Assembly (NCBI GenBank): GCA_030682715.1
Contig: JAUXNQ010000066.1
Coordinates: 14,587-78,586 of the forward strand
Origin: Methylotenera sp.
Lineage (GTDB): Bacteria > Pseudomonadota > Gammaproteobacteria > Burkholderiales > Methylophilaceae
Length of the DNA stretch: 64,000 bases
Direction of reading: 5' to 3'
In this document: positions 8,847 to 20,344 of the stretch, piece after piece
How the letters are laid out: each line of letters starts with the position of its first letter
How positions within the stretch are numbered: the stretch's first letter is position 1
Notes under the pieces: model-generated
The model's input: the letters and a program-made list of their open reading frames with translations, nothing else
What the model was told of the DNA's origin: nothing
Database searches by the model: none
Translations under genes and position numbers: made by a program

Positions 8847-10079
8847 TTACAGATTTTTTGTTGATAGCGTCAATGTGGCATTTGTGCCACCAAAACCGAA
8901 ACTGTTGGATAGTGCTGTTTCGATTTTAACGTTTTCTATTGCAGTTCTAACGATATTTAAGCCCTCTGCGGCTGGATCTAAAGTTTCGATATTGGCTGAG
9001 GCTGCAATAAAGTTATTTTCCATCATCAGCAAGGTGTAAATCGCTTCATTCACACCAGCTGCGCCTAAGGCATGGCCAGATAGTGACTTGGTTGAAGCAA
9101 TGGCAGGGTTTTGGTTTAATCCATTGACACCAAATACTTCACGAATTGCTTCAAGCTCTTTCACATCGCCCACTGGTGTACTTGTACCATGCGTATTGAT
9201 GTAATCAATTTTTGCATCTACGCCTTCAAGGGCTAAGCGCATACAGCGAATAGCGCCCTCTCCACTCGGGGCAACCATGTCATAGCCATCTGAAGTGGCG
9301 CCATAGCCTACGACTTCTGCATAGATTTTTGCGCCGCGTGCTTTAGCGTGTTCGTACTCTTCTAACACGACAATACCGCCACCGCCAGAAATCACAAAAC
9401 CGTCACGGTCAGCATCATAAGTGCGAGATGCTTTATCAGGCGTGTCATTATATTTGCTGCTTAATGCACCCATAGCATCGAACATAAACGACAATGTCCA
9501 ATGCTCTTCTTCCGCACCACCTGCAAAAATAATATCTTGTTTACCTAATTGAATTTGCTCTACGCCTGCGCCGATACAATGTGCACTGGTGGAACAAGCT
9601 GAGCTAATGCCGTAATTAATGCCCTTGATTTTTGCACCTGTAGCAAGACATGCTGATACTCCGCTCGCCATCGCTTTTGTCACCATGTATGGGCCTACGC
9701 GGCGCACGCCTTTTTCACGAAGCGTATCGACACCCTCTAAAATACTTTCATGCGATGCACCGCCTGCGCCTACAATTAAACCAGTGCGTACATTAGATAC
9801 CATTTCTTCAGGCATCTGTGAATCCGCAATCGCCTCTTGCATCGCCAGCCATGCGTAAGCATGGCCTTTAGCCATAAAGCGCATCAACTTACGATCTATC
9901 AGTTCTTCAACTTTCAGATTCTTGATAGATCCAGCTACGTGTGAGCGCAAGCCCATGGCAGCATACTCTGGTTGATAAGTAATACCTGACTGGCCAGACT
10001 TTAGGCTCGCCAATACCTCAGCTTTGTTGTTGCCTAAACTGGAAACAATTCCAAACCCCGTAATAACGACACGACGCAT
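8847..10079 (-). CDS. fabB: Beta-ketoacyl-ACP synthase I
   Basis: SSACSTSAH active-site Cys, [25 protein letters not shown]; follows fabA. Confidence 0.95.
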   Translation of the reverse strand: MRRVVITGFGIVSSLGNNKAEVLASLKSGQSGITYQPEYAAMGLRSHVAGSIKNLKVEELIDRKLMRFMAKGHAYAWLAMQEAIADSQMPEEMVSNVRTGLIVGAGGASHESILEGVDTLREKGVRRVGPYMVTKAMASGVSACLATGAKIKGINYGISSACSTSAHCIGAGVEQIQLGKQDIIFAGGAEEEHWTLSFMFDAMGALSSKYNDTPDKASRTYDADRDGFVISGGGGIVVLEEYEHAKARGAKIYAEVVGYGATSDGYDMVAPSGEGAIRCMRLALEGVDAKIDYINTHGTSTPVGDVKELEAIREVFGVNGLNQNPAIASTKSLSGHALGAAGVNEAIYTLLMMENNFIAASANIETLDPAAEGLNIVRTAIENVKIETALSNSFGFGGTNATLTLSTKNL

Positions 10080-10135
10080 TTCGTGCTCCTTAAAAACTTT
10101 TTTATTCTACTTAAATACTAAAAATTATCTGAAAC

Positions 10136-10651
10136 CTAGAAATTATCAGTGCGCGTAAATAAACCTACGCGTAAATCTGTTGCTGCATAAATCTCGCGGC
10201 CATCAATCTGCATGGTTGCATCAGCAATACCCATCACTAGCTTACGCATAATGACGCGTTTTAAATCGATGGTGTAAGTTGCTTTTTTAGCAGTTGGCAA
10301 CACTTGGCCTGTAAACTTCACTTCACCCGCACCTAATGCACGGCCACGCCCTGAGCCACCCATCCAACCTAAATAAAATCCAACTAGCTGCCACATTGCA
10401 TCTAAACCTAAGCAACCAGGCATCACAGGGTCACCTGTAAAGTGACATTCAAAGAACCATAAATCAGGAGTGATATCCAACTCTGCAACGATCTGACCAT
10501 TGCCATATTTACCACCCTCTTCAGTAATTGAAACAATACGATCAAACATCAACATTGGTGGCAAAGGCAATTGCGCATTTCCTTCACCAAACATCTCACC
10601 GCGACCACACTTGAGTAACTCTTCTTTTGTGAAACTATTTTGTCTTTGCAT
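10136..10651 (-). CDS. fabA: 3-hydroxydecanoyl-ACP dehydratase/isomerase
   Basis: [37 protein letters not shown]. Confidence 0.96.
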   Translation of the reverse strand: MQRQNSFTKEELLKCGRGEMFGEGNAQLPLPPMLMFDRIVSITEEGGKYGNGQIVAELDITPDLWFFECHFTGDPVMPGCLGLDAMWQLVGFYLGWMGGSGRGRALGAGEVKFTGQVLPTAKKATYTIDLKRVIMRKLVMGIADATMQIDGREIYAATDLRVGLFTRTDNF

Positions 10652-10844
10652 AATTTTGACTTCTAATGAGCTTTTTTAAATGACGATTCTGAACCCAATC
10701 ATGGGAGCACTAATTTAACCACTTGATTTAACTTTTGCTATTTTCGCTGGAAAACCATTTTTACGAAAGAGATATTCACTTTTTATTGTTATTTTTATCA
10801 TTTTTTTCACTCATTACCCCTAATTTTTAGAATATATTTAGCAA

Positions 10845-10870
10845 AGGGGTATACAGATCTGTTTACCCCT
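10845..10870. promoter_or_regulatory. 26-bp near-perfect palindrome, putative operator in the fabA/mxaR divergent region
   Basis: aggggtatacagatctgtttacccct, one mismatched pair. Confidence 0.55.
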
Positions 10871-10937
10871 CATAAAAAAACGTTTACTATGTATTTAAGT
10901 TTTATTACAACCATTTCAAAAAATACAGGAATTTTCA

Positions 10938-11954
10938 ATGAGTGATGTTCAACTAGCTGATTGGCGCAATCATGCGCTTACCTTAGAGTCTGAAGTCAAT
11001 AAAGTTGTGGTTGGCCAACAAACGCCAATTAGACTAATTACCACTTCAATTTTTGCACGCGGACACGTATTGCTTGAAGGTGATGTGGGTGTAGGTAAAA
11101 CCACGCTGTTACGCGCTTTTACACGCGGCATTGGTGGCGGCTACCAACGTATTGAAGGCACGATTGATTTAATGCCTAATGATTTGGTGTATCACACCTA
11201 TCTTGGTGAAGATGGCAAACCACATGTTAGCCCAGGCCCATTGCTGATGTCTGGTGAAAATCTATCTGTATTTTTCTTCAATGAAATCAACCGCGCTCGT
11301 CCACAGGTTCATTCTTTATTACTTCGCGTCATGGCGGAGCGTAGCCTGTCAGCGTTTAATACAGAACACTACTTCCCACACATGATTGTGTTTGCTGACC
11401 GCAACCAAGTAGAAAAAGAAGAAACATTTGAAATTCCATCTGCGGCACGTGACCGTTTTATGATGGAAATCCCGATTGTGGTGCCAAACGACGACGCCAT
11501 TATGGAAGCATTGGTGTTCGACACTAAATTCCATAATGTGGATGCATTAGTTGATACGGTAAAACCTGATGTACTGCAATTTGATGAGCTTAACGCGTTT
11601 TCAAGCGTGATCCAAAACAGCATTGAAGCCAGCGACACACTCAAAAAATACGCATTGAACTTATGGAAAGCAACCAAAACACCCCTTGATTATGGTGTAA
11701 AAGTATCGGGGGTTGATATGAACCGCCTTGTGCTTTCTGGTGCTAGCCCTCGCGGTATGAGCATGATGTTGCGTGCGGCGCGTGTCAATGCATGGCTAAA
11801 TAATCGCAATGCTGTGTTACCTGACGATATCCATGCGGTATTTCATTCAACGATCGCGCATCGCTTGGTGTTTAGCCCAGTGTATGAAATGCGCCGTACT
11901 GAAATTGCGCGTGAAATGTTATCAGGCATTGTGAATGCAGTTTCTGCGCCTTAA
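10938..11954 (+). CDS. mxaR: MoxR-family AAA+ ATPase MxaR
   Basis: GHVLLEGDVGVGKT Walker A, FFNEINRA, ARDRFMM, SPRG; first of a six-gene cluster. Confidence 0.88.
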   Translation: MSDVQLADWRNHALTLESEVNKVVVGQQTPIRLITTSIFARGHVLLEGDVGVGKTTLLRAFTRGIGGGYQRIEGTIDLMPNDLVYHTYLGEDGKPHVSPGPLLMSGENLSVFFFNEINRARPQVHSLLLRVMAERSLSAFNTEHYFPHMIVFADRNQVEKEETFEIPSAARDRFMMEIPIVVPNDDAIMEALVFDTKFHNVDALVDTVKPDVLQFDELNAFSSVIQNSIEASDTLKKYALNLWKATKTPLDYGVKVSGVDMNRLVLSGASPRGMSMMLRAARVNAWLNNRNAVLPDDIHAVFHSTIAHRLVFSPVYEMRRTEIAREMLSGIVNAVSAP

Positions 11955-11986
11955 TTCAAGGGTTTAGATTTAAGGTGTGAAATTTT

Positions 11987-12847
11987 ATGATTGAAAATAT
12001 TAAATCTTTTGACTATCACATTAGCTGGCGCTCGCGCGGGCGCCATCCTGGGCGACACGCAAGTACGCAACGTGGCATGGGCATGGAGTTTCGTGGGCAC
12101 ACTACTTTGCTTTCTTACCCAGACCCACGCCGTATCGATATACGTCAAACCATACGTGATCCGCTTGAGCAAGTCTATGTGCGACTTTTTAACCAAAAAA
12201 GTGCTACCCCTGTTTATGTCATCTGTGACTTATCTGGCAGCATGAACTTTGGCGCTAAAAAAAGAAAAATCAAATTAGCCGCTGAAATATCAGAATCAAT
12301 CGCGCAATCCGCAAGTGAGCATCATGACCCATTTGGCTTTATCGGCTTTGATGAAAAAGTACGTGAAGATTGGATTAGTACAACCTCTTTCAAATCTCAT
12401 CATGCAATTTCGATGGCTGAGTCACTAAAGGACTTCCATCCTGCGCAAGTAAATTGCAATGGCATTACTGAAGTTTACCGTTATTTGCCGCGTGAACGCT
12501 CTTTAGTGTTTTTGATTTCAGACTTTCACATGCCAAATACCTTACTGGAAGAGGCATTATCCAACTTGTTACGCCACCATATCGTACCGATTGTGTTATG
12601 GGACTCGGCTGAATATAAAAACTTGCCAGAATTTGGCTTAGTGAATGTGGATGATGCGGAAACTGGAGAGAAACGTACCTTATTTTTACGAAAAGAATTA
12701 CGTGAAAAAATCGTGCAGTCTTTTGAAAACAGACGCAATGAAATCTATGAGCTTTTCATGCGTTTTGACATGCCGCCTTTTTATGTAGAAGGTGAGTTTG
12801 ATGCAGACTCACTAACAGAATACTTTCATCAATTTGTAGCCGCCTAA
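11987..12847 (+). CDS. mxaS: DUF58/vWA-like protein MxaS
   Basis: FDYHISWR..GRHPGRH, DPRRIDIR, CDLSGSM, FLISDFH; follows mxaR. Confidence 0.82.
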   Translation: MIENIKSFDYHISWRSRGRHPGRHASTQRGMGMEFRGHTTLLSYPDPRRIDIRQTIRDPLEQVYVRLFNQKSATPVYVICDLSGSMNFGAKKRKIKLAAEISESIAQSASEHHDPFGFIGFDEKVREDWISTTSFKSHHAISMAESLKDFHPAQVNCNGITEVYRYLPRERSLVFLISDFHMPNTLLEEALSNLLRHHIVPIVLWDSAEYKNLPEFGLVNVDDAETGEKRTLFLRKELREKIVQSFENRRNEIYELFMRFDMPPFYVEGEFDADSLTEYFHQFVAA

Positions 12848-12864
12848 ACCACTTAAAACTAATT

Positions 12865-13860
12865 ATGACAAAATATTTTAGAGTCCTACTACTTACAGCC
12901 ATTTTGAGCATTAGCTCACAGCAGGCACTGGCGATTGATAGCCAAACCCTTCCTGATGTTGATGAAGGCGTGGTAAGCATCAACACCATTGACCCCTACA
13001 AACGCGTTGGCTATACCATTGGTGACGTGATAGAAAGAGAAGTCACGCTTACTATTAAAGCGCCGTACAAACTAATTGAAACTTCCCTGCCGATTGTGGG
13101 ATACGAAAAACGCTACAGAGGCAAAGTGATTGGTATTGAGTTAAAAAATATCGAGCACAGCAAAAAAGAACACAAAGACTATACAACACATCACATTAAA
13201 CTTGCCTATCAAGTATTTACAAATAGTGTTGTCGCTAAAAATGTTGCATTGGGACCTGAGTATTTAAATTTAATTAACACCAATAACAAAAAGCAATTGG
13301 TCAAATACCGCATCCCTAGTTTGGATGTTGCAGTCTCGCCGCTTTCTATTTTTGGGCAAGTTAAAGTAGAAAACAACATGAGCCAGTTTCTTGAGCCTTT
13401 GTTAATCAAAGATGATCAAGAAAGAAAATGGCTCAATGTGGCAGTTGGCGTACTTGCATTAAGCTTGCTTGCATTGCTCTACATATTTGGTAAGCATGCA
13501 TGGCTTCCACGCATGGGGGGTAGTTTTGCGAGAGCCTACCGTACTATTAAAAAGCTGCCGAGTAAAAACGATACTGGGCTTAAACAAGCAATTTCAGCAG
13601 TGCATCTAGCGTTTAATCAAACGGCTAAGATGAGTGTTTTTAATGACAATTTAGATGAGTTCCTCAAAAACAATCCTAACTTTTCATATATCAAGTCTGA
13701 AATATCCCAGTTTTTCGGCCTATCACGCCAAGTTTACTTTGAGCCTAATGCGCAACATAGTGTAGGTAATAATCCAACACAATGGCTATTGAAGTTTACC
13801 AAGCAATGCCGCGATTGCGAACGTGGATTGATTCCAACAACCCACAAGGCTGGAGTCTAG
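12865..13860 (+). CDS. mxaA: MxaA-like protein
   Basis: Signal peptide, VGYTIGDVIER motif, single internal TM, C-terminal CRDCER; position in the RSACKL order. Confidence 0.72.
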   Translation: MTKYFRVLLLTAILSISSQQALAIDSQTLPDVDEGVVSINTIDPYKRVGYTIGDVIEREVTLTIKAPYKLIETSLPIVGYEKRYRGKVIGIELKNIEHSKKEHKDYTTHHIKLAYQVFTNSVVAKNVALGPEYLNLINTNNKKQLVKYRIPSLDVAVSPLSIFGQVKVENNMSQFLEPLLIKDDQERKWLNVAVGVLALSLLALLYIFGKHAWLPRMGGSFARAYRTIKKLPSKNDTGLKQAISAVHLAFNQTAKMSVFNDNLDEFLKNNPNFSYIKSEISQFFGLSRQVYFEPNAQHSVGNNPTQWLLKFTKQCRDCERGLIPTTHKAGV

Positions 13861-13863
13861 ACC

Positions 13864-14853
13864 ATGGTTTTTTCTCACCCATGGGTATTATGGTTACTAC
13901 CACTAGCATGCCTACCCTTGCTGTTGCAGCGCGCCCACGCCAAGCATTACTCTTGGGTGGATATGCTACCCATCGACCCATTATCGAATTTAATTAGTCT
14001 AATTCTAAAAATATTAGCTGTATTAACCCTGATTTTTATCATATTAGGCTTAGCCGCGCCGCACACCACTGAGCAAAAAGTAGAACGTATTGGCATTGGT
14101 GCGCAAATCGCGCTGGTATTAGATCGAAGCGCAAGTATGGATGATCCATTCTCGGGCACTACGGACAGCACTGGTAATGTGACCGTAGGTGAAACAAAAT
14201 CTGTGGCGGCGGCTAGGTTGATTACTGCTTTTGTAAAATCACGTCAACAAGATATGTTTGGCATGATTACATTTAGTAACTCTGCCATGTATGTATTACC
14301 GCTAAGCGAAAACAAAAAAGCCATTGTTGCTGCGGTGCAAGCAACTGCGGGTAACGCACTATTTCAAACTAACATCGGCAGTGGGTTAACCAGCAGCGCT
14401 GGACTATTCGACAAAATTCCAGACTCAGGCTCGCGTGCTGTCATCCTACTTTCTGATGGTGCTGGTCGAATAGATGCCAACACGCAACAAAAAATAAAAG
14501 ATTGGTTTGAGCGTTTAAATATCAGTTTATATTGGATTGTATTACGCCAACCTGGTGGGCTTAGTATCTTTGATACGAGCTACGTCCCTGTTGAAGATCA
14601 GCCATTACCTGCACAAATTGAGCTTCATGAGTTTTTTCAGAAATTCAAAACACCATTTAAAGCTTATGAGGCTGAAGACCCTAAATCGCTTCAACTCGCG
14701 ATGAACGATATTAATAATCGTGAAAAAAAACCGATTAAGTATTTTGAAAAGATTCCAGGACAAGACTACTCAAACGTTTGCTTCATGATTGCAGCATTCA
14801 TGATTGCACTCTTATTAGGTGTTAAAAGAATTGAGGTAACAACATGGCATTAA
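13864..14853 (+). CDS. mxaC: vWA-domain protein MxaC
   Basis: HPWVLWLLPLA N-terminus, MIDAS-like DRSASMD, LLSDGAG, C-terminal TM. Confidence 0.8.
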   Translation: MVFSHPWVLWLLPLACLPLLLQRAHAKHYSWVDMLPIDPLSNLISLILKILAVLTLIFIILGLAAPHTTEQKVERIGIGAQIALVLDRSASMDDPFSGTTDSTGNVTVGETKSVAAARLITAFVKSRQQDMFGMITFSNSAMYVLPLSENKKAIVAAVQATAGNALFQTNIGSGLTSSAGLFDKIPDSGSRAVILLSDGAGRIDANTQQKIKDWFERLNISLYWIVLRQPGGLSIFDTSYVPVEDQPLPAQIELHEFFQKFKTPFKAYEAEDPKSLQLAMNDINNREKKPIKYFEKIPGQDYSNVCFMIAAFMIALLLGVKRIEVTTWH

Positions 14854-15437
14854 CGATTAAAAATACAGCACTACATTTTATTTCTATAAAAAAATTAACC
14901 CACTTTTTTAATGTAAAAGTCCTGTCATGGCTATTCATTGCAACAGCTCTATCGGCCGCTTTTGCAAGTGTTTACTACTTTAATCGTTTACAGCAGATTG
15001 AAGCTTTTAACACAGCAGTCAGCACAGGCAAACAACCAAAAACTGATTTACAAAGTTTTGAGGCTAAGTTCTCAACAGCATACTGGTTAGCAAAAAATGA
15101 ACGCTATAAGGAAGCTACACTGCTATTTAACAAAGCACTGAATGGTGCAACAGTTGAGCAAAAAGCAGCGATTCAATATAACTTAGGCAATATCTTTTTT
15201 AGACGTGGCCTTGCCATTGCTGGTACGAACATGACCGTACGTGATGAAGCTGAATATTTACTGATGCAAGCCAAAACAGCTTATCAACTATCTTTAAGAC
15301 TAGACAGCACCAACTGGAGAGCTAGACATAACTTAGATCGCTTACTGACAATGCTGCCAGAAAACCCAACACCAGGCGTTGGCGATAGCGATTCTCCTGG
15401 TTTGATTATGGGTAACATCCCTGTTGGCTTACCTTAA
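14844..15437 (+). CDS. mxaK: TPR-like protein MxaK
   Basis: N-terminal TM, YNLGNIFFR, ARHNLD; lies between mxaC and mxaL. Confidence 0.78.
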   Translation: MALTIKNTALHFISIKKLTHFFNVKVLSWLFIATALSAAFASVYYFNRLQQIEAFNTAVSTGKQPKTDLQSFEAKFSTAYWLAKNERYKEATLLFNKALNGATVEQKAAIQYNLGNIFFRRGLAIAGTNMTVRDEAEYLLMQAKTAYQLSLRLDSTNWRARHNLDRLLTMLPENPTPGVGDSDSPGLIMGNIPVGLP

Positions 15438-15483
15438 CAGTAAGACTGAAACCAAGATTCAAACAAAGACTGATTGATTCATT

Positions 15484-16482
15484 ATGCATCCAATTTATAA
15501 TTATTTACGTCACCGCAAAGATGTAAGTCTATTGCTCGCTGCTTTTTTGCTGTTAATCATCGCATTATTTAATCCGACGATTCCAATCAAGCGTAATATC
15601 TACAGCTACATATTTGCTGTGGATATTTCACAAAGCATGAATGTGGTAGATAAATCACTTAATGGGAAACCAGTTTCACGCTTAGTGTATATACAAGATA
15701 CATTACACAAACTCGTAAGTGAATTGCCATGCGGTACTAACGTCAGTATTGGTTTATTCGCAGGGGTAAGCGTTGCTGCACTCTATACACCAATTGAGGT
15801 GTGCGAGAACTTTGATGCCATTAACGACACGATTGATCATTTTGACTGGCGTACTGGTTGGTCTGGTAATAGTAGAATCAGGTCAAGTCTACCTGTATTG
15901 GCTAAAACCATTCGTTCTTTCCCTGCACCAGCACAAGTGGTGTTTTTCACAGATGGTGAAGAAGCGCCTAAGCTACATGTTTTTAACCGAGAGGACTTAA
16001 GCGCTTTTCAGGGTGGCGACGACTGGCTACTGGTTGGTGTAGGTTCTGACAAAGGCACCCCTATCCCCAAATTTGATGAACATAACCAACTGATTGGCTA
16101 TTGGGGCAATGAAAGTTTTGCGATGCAGCCTGGTATTGCACAAATTTCAGAATCCAACATAGGGACTAGAAACGATAGCGTCGCCAGTGGCGAAAGTGAT
16201 AGATATTTATCTAAGTTAGACGAAACATACCTACAAGAACTTGCCAAAGAAATTAATGGTATGTATGTACGTGCTGACAGCGTGTCATCAATACTCGGCG
16301 CCATGAAAAAACAAAAACCTGCCCGCCGCGATAACGCTAATTTTGAGTTACGTTGGATATTAGCCTCGCTAGCGGGGGTATTGTTTATATTCGCTTACTT
16401 GCCAAAACATCCAGTCAATGAGTTAAAAATGCAGTTGCGCAATTTAACTAGGCGCAGACAGGCGATTACAAAAGAAACATAA
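15484..16482 (+). CDS. mxaL: vWA-domain protein MxaL
   Basis: VDISQSMN, PCGTNVSIGLF, PIEVCENF, FFTDGEEAP motifs. Confidence 0.8.
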   Translation: MHPIYNYLRHRKDVSLLLAAFLLLIIALFNPTIPIKRNIYSYIFAVDISQSMNVVDKSLNGKPVSRLVYIQDTLHKLVSELPCGTNVSIGLFAGVSVAALYTPIEVCENFDAINDTIDHFDWRTGWSGNSRIRSSLPVLAKTIRSFPAPAQVVFFTDGEEAPKLHVFNREDLSAFQGGDDWLLVGVGSDKGTPIPKFDEHNQLIGYWGNESFAMQPGIAQISESNIGTRNDSVASGESDRYLSKLDETYLQELAKEINGMYVRADSVSSILGAMKKQKPARRDNANFELRWILASLAGVLFIFAYLPKHPVNELKMQLRNLTRRRQAITKET

Positions 16483-16580
16483 AGACCTGTAAGAAGTTAC
16501 TTAATCTAAGCAATTACTCTAAGTAATCACCAAAAAAGTAAAGTTTCAAAACAAAGAGCAAGCAGCGTTAGATAAATTAT

Positions 16581-17036
16581 TTAACGCTGTTTGCTCTTCT
16601 GCCCCCAAAGCATCCAAACTCTAAGTTGCCTAAATTCTTCTGCCTCTACGCTATCAGGCAAAATGATAAGTCGCTGGCAAAATAATTGTTGAAGCCATGC
16701 CGTGTGTGTAAGTCGAAAATGAATAATCGTTAACAAAGGCGTGACTATACTGTCATCTTTTAATGATAATTCGTTCAATATTTGGCCATCTTTTCGTACC
16801 ACACGCAACTGGTTCTTCGCGTTAACATGAAGCTTCACTAATGACCACGGGAACAAAAGTAATCCATCTTTAATAATCGCATAAGTAGCCGCTAACCAAA
16901 TGAGCAACAGAGAAAAACACTGTAGAGATAAAGATAGATTCACCACATAAACAATCCAGCTACTCATGACACTCATCAAAAATATCGCGGTAGATAAAAT
17001 AAATGAGGGCTTGAAATTCAGGTCGATAGGCTTCAC
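16581..17036 (-). CDS. ygfX: YgfX-family membrane protein
   Basis: Likely GTG start at 17036 (MKPIDLNFKPS), two TMs, C-terminal IILPDSVEAEEFRQLRVWM; divergent from ygfZ. Confidence 0.7.
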   Translation of the reverse strand: MKPIDLNFKPSFILSTAIFLMSVMSSWIVYVVNLSLSLQCFSLLLIWLAATYAIIKDGLLLFPWSLVKLHVNAKNQLRVVRKDGQILNELSLKDDSIVTPLLTIIHFRLTHTAWLQQLFCQRLIILPDSVEAEEFRQLRVWMLWGQKSKQR

Positions 17037-17099
17037 GTTATAATCAGCGATATATTTTAAATGGTCTATTGATACTAAGTAATAATACAAAAGGTTAAC

Positions 17100-18098
17100 A
17101 TGAGCAATCAACAATGGCAGCAATTTATTCAAACATCAACCTCTCCAAAAAATACGGGAGACATTTCACCATTGTCAGATCATGAAACCGTTATGTGTGA
17201 CCTCTCGCATTTAGGTCTATTACAAATCGATGGCGCTGATGCATTTAGCTTTCTGCAAGGTCAGGTGACTAACGATGTAAAACTATTGAATGGTAGCACA
17301 GCGCATTACACAGGTTACTGCACACCAAAAGGCCGCATGCTCGCCATATTTCTAGTATTCTCTCATCATGACCTCATACATTTACAAATGCCTAGAGAGT
17401 TAATTGAAGCCGTTGCTAAACGGCTAAAAATGTACGTGATGCGTAGTAAAGTAGCAATACAAGATGTGAGTGACTCTATTATTAAGATTGGATTGAGCGG
17501 CCCTAAAGCTAGCGAATTGCTAAACAATCTGTTTTCAACAGTGCCACAAAATGACTACGAGTTAGTATCACTTGAAAACGGTGCATTACTAAAACTGCCT
17601 AACAAGCATGGGCGGTTTGAAATATTCACGGACATCAACCATGCACAAACTATTTGGAGCGCTTTATCATCACATACCACAGTAGCTGATGCCGCACATT
17701 GGGAATGGCTAGAGATACAAGCAGGTATTCCTGATGTAGTGCTTGCTACACAAGAGGAGTTTGTACCGCAAATGTTAAATCTGGATTTAATTGGCGGCAT
17801 TAATTTTAAAAAAGGCTGTTACACAGGTCAGGAAATTGTAGCTCGTACGCATTACCTAGGTAGCATCAAACGTCGCACCTACTTAGCACATGTAAGCCAC
17901 GTCGAAAAACCGAACCCTGGTGACAATGTTTTAAACGCTGCTAATGAAACGGTAGGCAAGATAGTACGAAGCGCAGCATCCCCTAACGGCGGTTACGACT
18001 TACTTGCTGAAATCAGATGTGAAAATGTTGATAACAATCAACAACTGTCAATTGGTGGAAATGCACTAGCAATTCAATCATTACCTTATCCGCTTTAG
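17100..18098 (+). CDS. ygfZ: Folate-binding Fe-S assembly/repair protein YgfZ
   Basis: FLQGQVTND, TPKGRM and KGCYTGQEIVAR signature. Confidence 0.93.
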   Translation: MSNQQWQQFIQTSTSPKNTGDISPLSDHETVMCDLSHLGLLQIDGADAFSFLQGQVTNDVKLLNGSTAHYTGYCTPKGRMLAIFLVFSHHDLIHLQMPRELIEAVAKRLKMYVMRSKVAIQDVSDSIIKIGLSGPKASELLNNLFSTVPQNDYELVSLENGALLKLPNKHGRFEIFTDINHAQTIWSALSSHTTVADAAHWEWLEIQAGIPDVVLATQEEFVPQMLNLDLIGGINFKKGCYTGQEIVARTHYLGSIKRRTYLAHVSHVEKPNPGDNVLNAANETVGKIVRSAASPNGGYDLLAEIRCENVDNNQQLSIGGNALAIQSLPYPL

Positions 18099-18117
18099 TA
18101 TAAGCTAAACAGCTATT

Positions 18118-18144
18118 CATCAATGACACCATCTGTCATTGATG
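18118..18144. terminator. Stem-loop after ygfZ
   Basis: catcaatgaca-ccatc-tgtcattgatg, 11-bp perfect stem; no clear U-tract. Confidence 0.5.
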
Positions 18145-18209
18145 GAAATGCTTGGAATTGTAATGCCTAGGATAAAAAGGTGTGGCGTTGAAAGTGACTG
18201 AAATTAAAG

Positions 18210-18361
18210 TATAGCTAATCCATCAAATAATCCGATGCTGTGTCACATCACACAAATCGTCATACCGACGAAAGTCGGAATCCAGAGTCTTTAAGTCACT
18301 GGATTCCGTGTCAAGCACGGAATGAGTAGGTGATATTGGATTATTTAATGGAATAGCTATA
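18210..18361. repeat. Nested palindromic element: REP/dRS3-like doublet inside 24-bp terminal inverted repeats
   Basis: Outer IR 18210-18233 / 18338-18361 (22/24 match); inner gtcataccgacgaaagtcggaatccag (18259-18285) and ctggattccgtgtcaagcacggaatga (18299-18325). Confidence 0.75.
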
Positions 18362-18466
18362 ACTGGAATTAAAATAACTACAGTCTGCTAAAGATTAACC
18401 CTAATCGTTTAGTCTAAAATATTTAATCTTAAATACTAACTCTAAGAAAAATTAGAATAAATACGA

Positions 18467-18808
18467 TTACGGAGTGTCTGGTGTGGACTGCCCAGCATGA
18501 GGTGTTGGTGTAGGAACTGGCAATGCTTGAGGCAACGGTTGGTCGATCACTTGATAAAACACTTCATCTTGCTTAATCATACCAAGCTCGCTACGCGCAC
18601 GCTCTTCAATTGCAGCTTGCCCACTCTTAAGATCTCGCACTTCGGCCTCTAGTGTGTCATTACGTGCTTTTAAAGTGGTATTTTTCTCTTGCTGTAGTGC
18701 TACTTGACGATTTAAGTCCCACACGCGTAACCAGCTACCTTTGCCAAGCCACAATGGATATTGTAACAAGGCAATCAGAATCACAAAAATTAGCGTGAGG
18801 GCTTTCAA
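18467..18808 (-). CDS. ftsB: Cell division protein FtsB
   Basis: [32 protein letters not shown]; downstream of eno. Confidence 0.93.
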   Translation of the reverse strand: MKALTLIFVILIALLQYPLWLGKGSWLRVWDLNRQVALQQEKNTTLKARNDTLEAEVRDLKSGQAAIEERARSELGMIKQDEVFYQVIDQPLPQALPVPTPTPHAGQSTPDTP

Positions 18809-18928
18809 TTTTAATTATTCAAACTCAAATGACTTACTATCGAAAAGAAACCTGACGCATAAGTGAACGCTACGTAAGAAACATAGCGTTCAAATGTAGC
18901 CAAGTATCGATTCGAAGGCATATCAGAA

Positions 18929-20224
<1,296 letters not shown>

Positions 20225-20344
20225 CTAAGTTCTAAATCGTTTGGCCACTGTTAAACAAAATTCACACTCAATTTAGCGCAATTAAACGCATCAATAACTA
20301 CTTGTGTGTGAAGTAGCCTAATTATTGTTTACCCTAATGATTAC

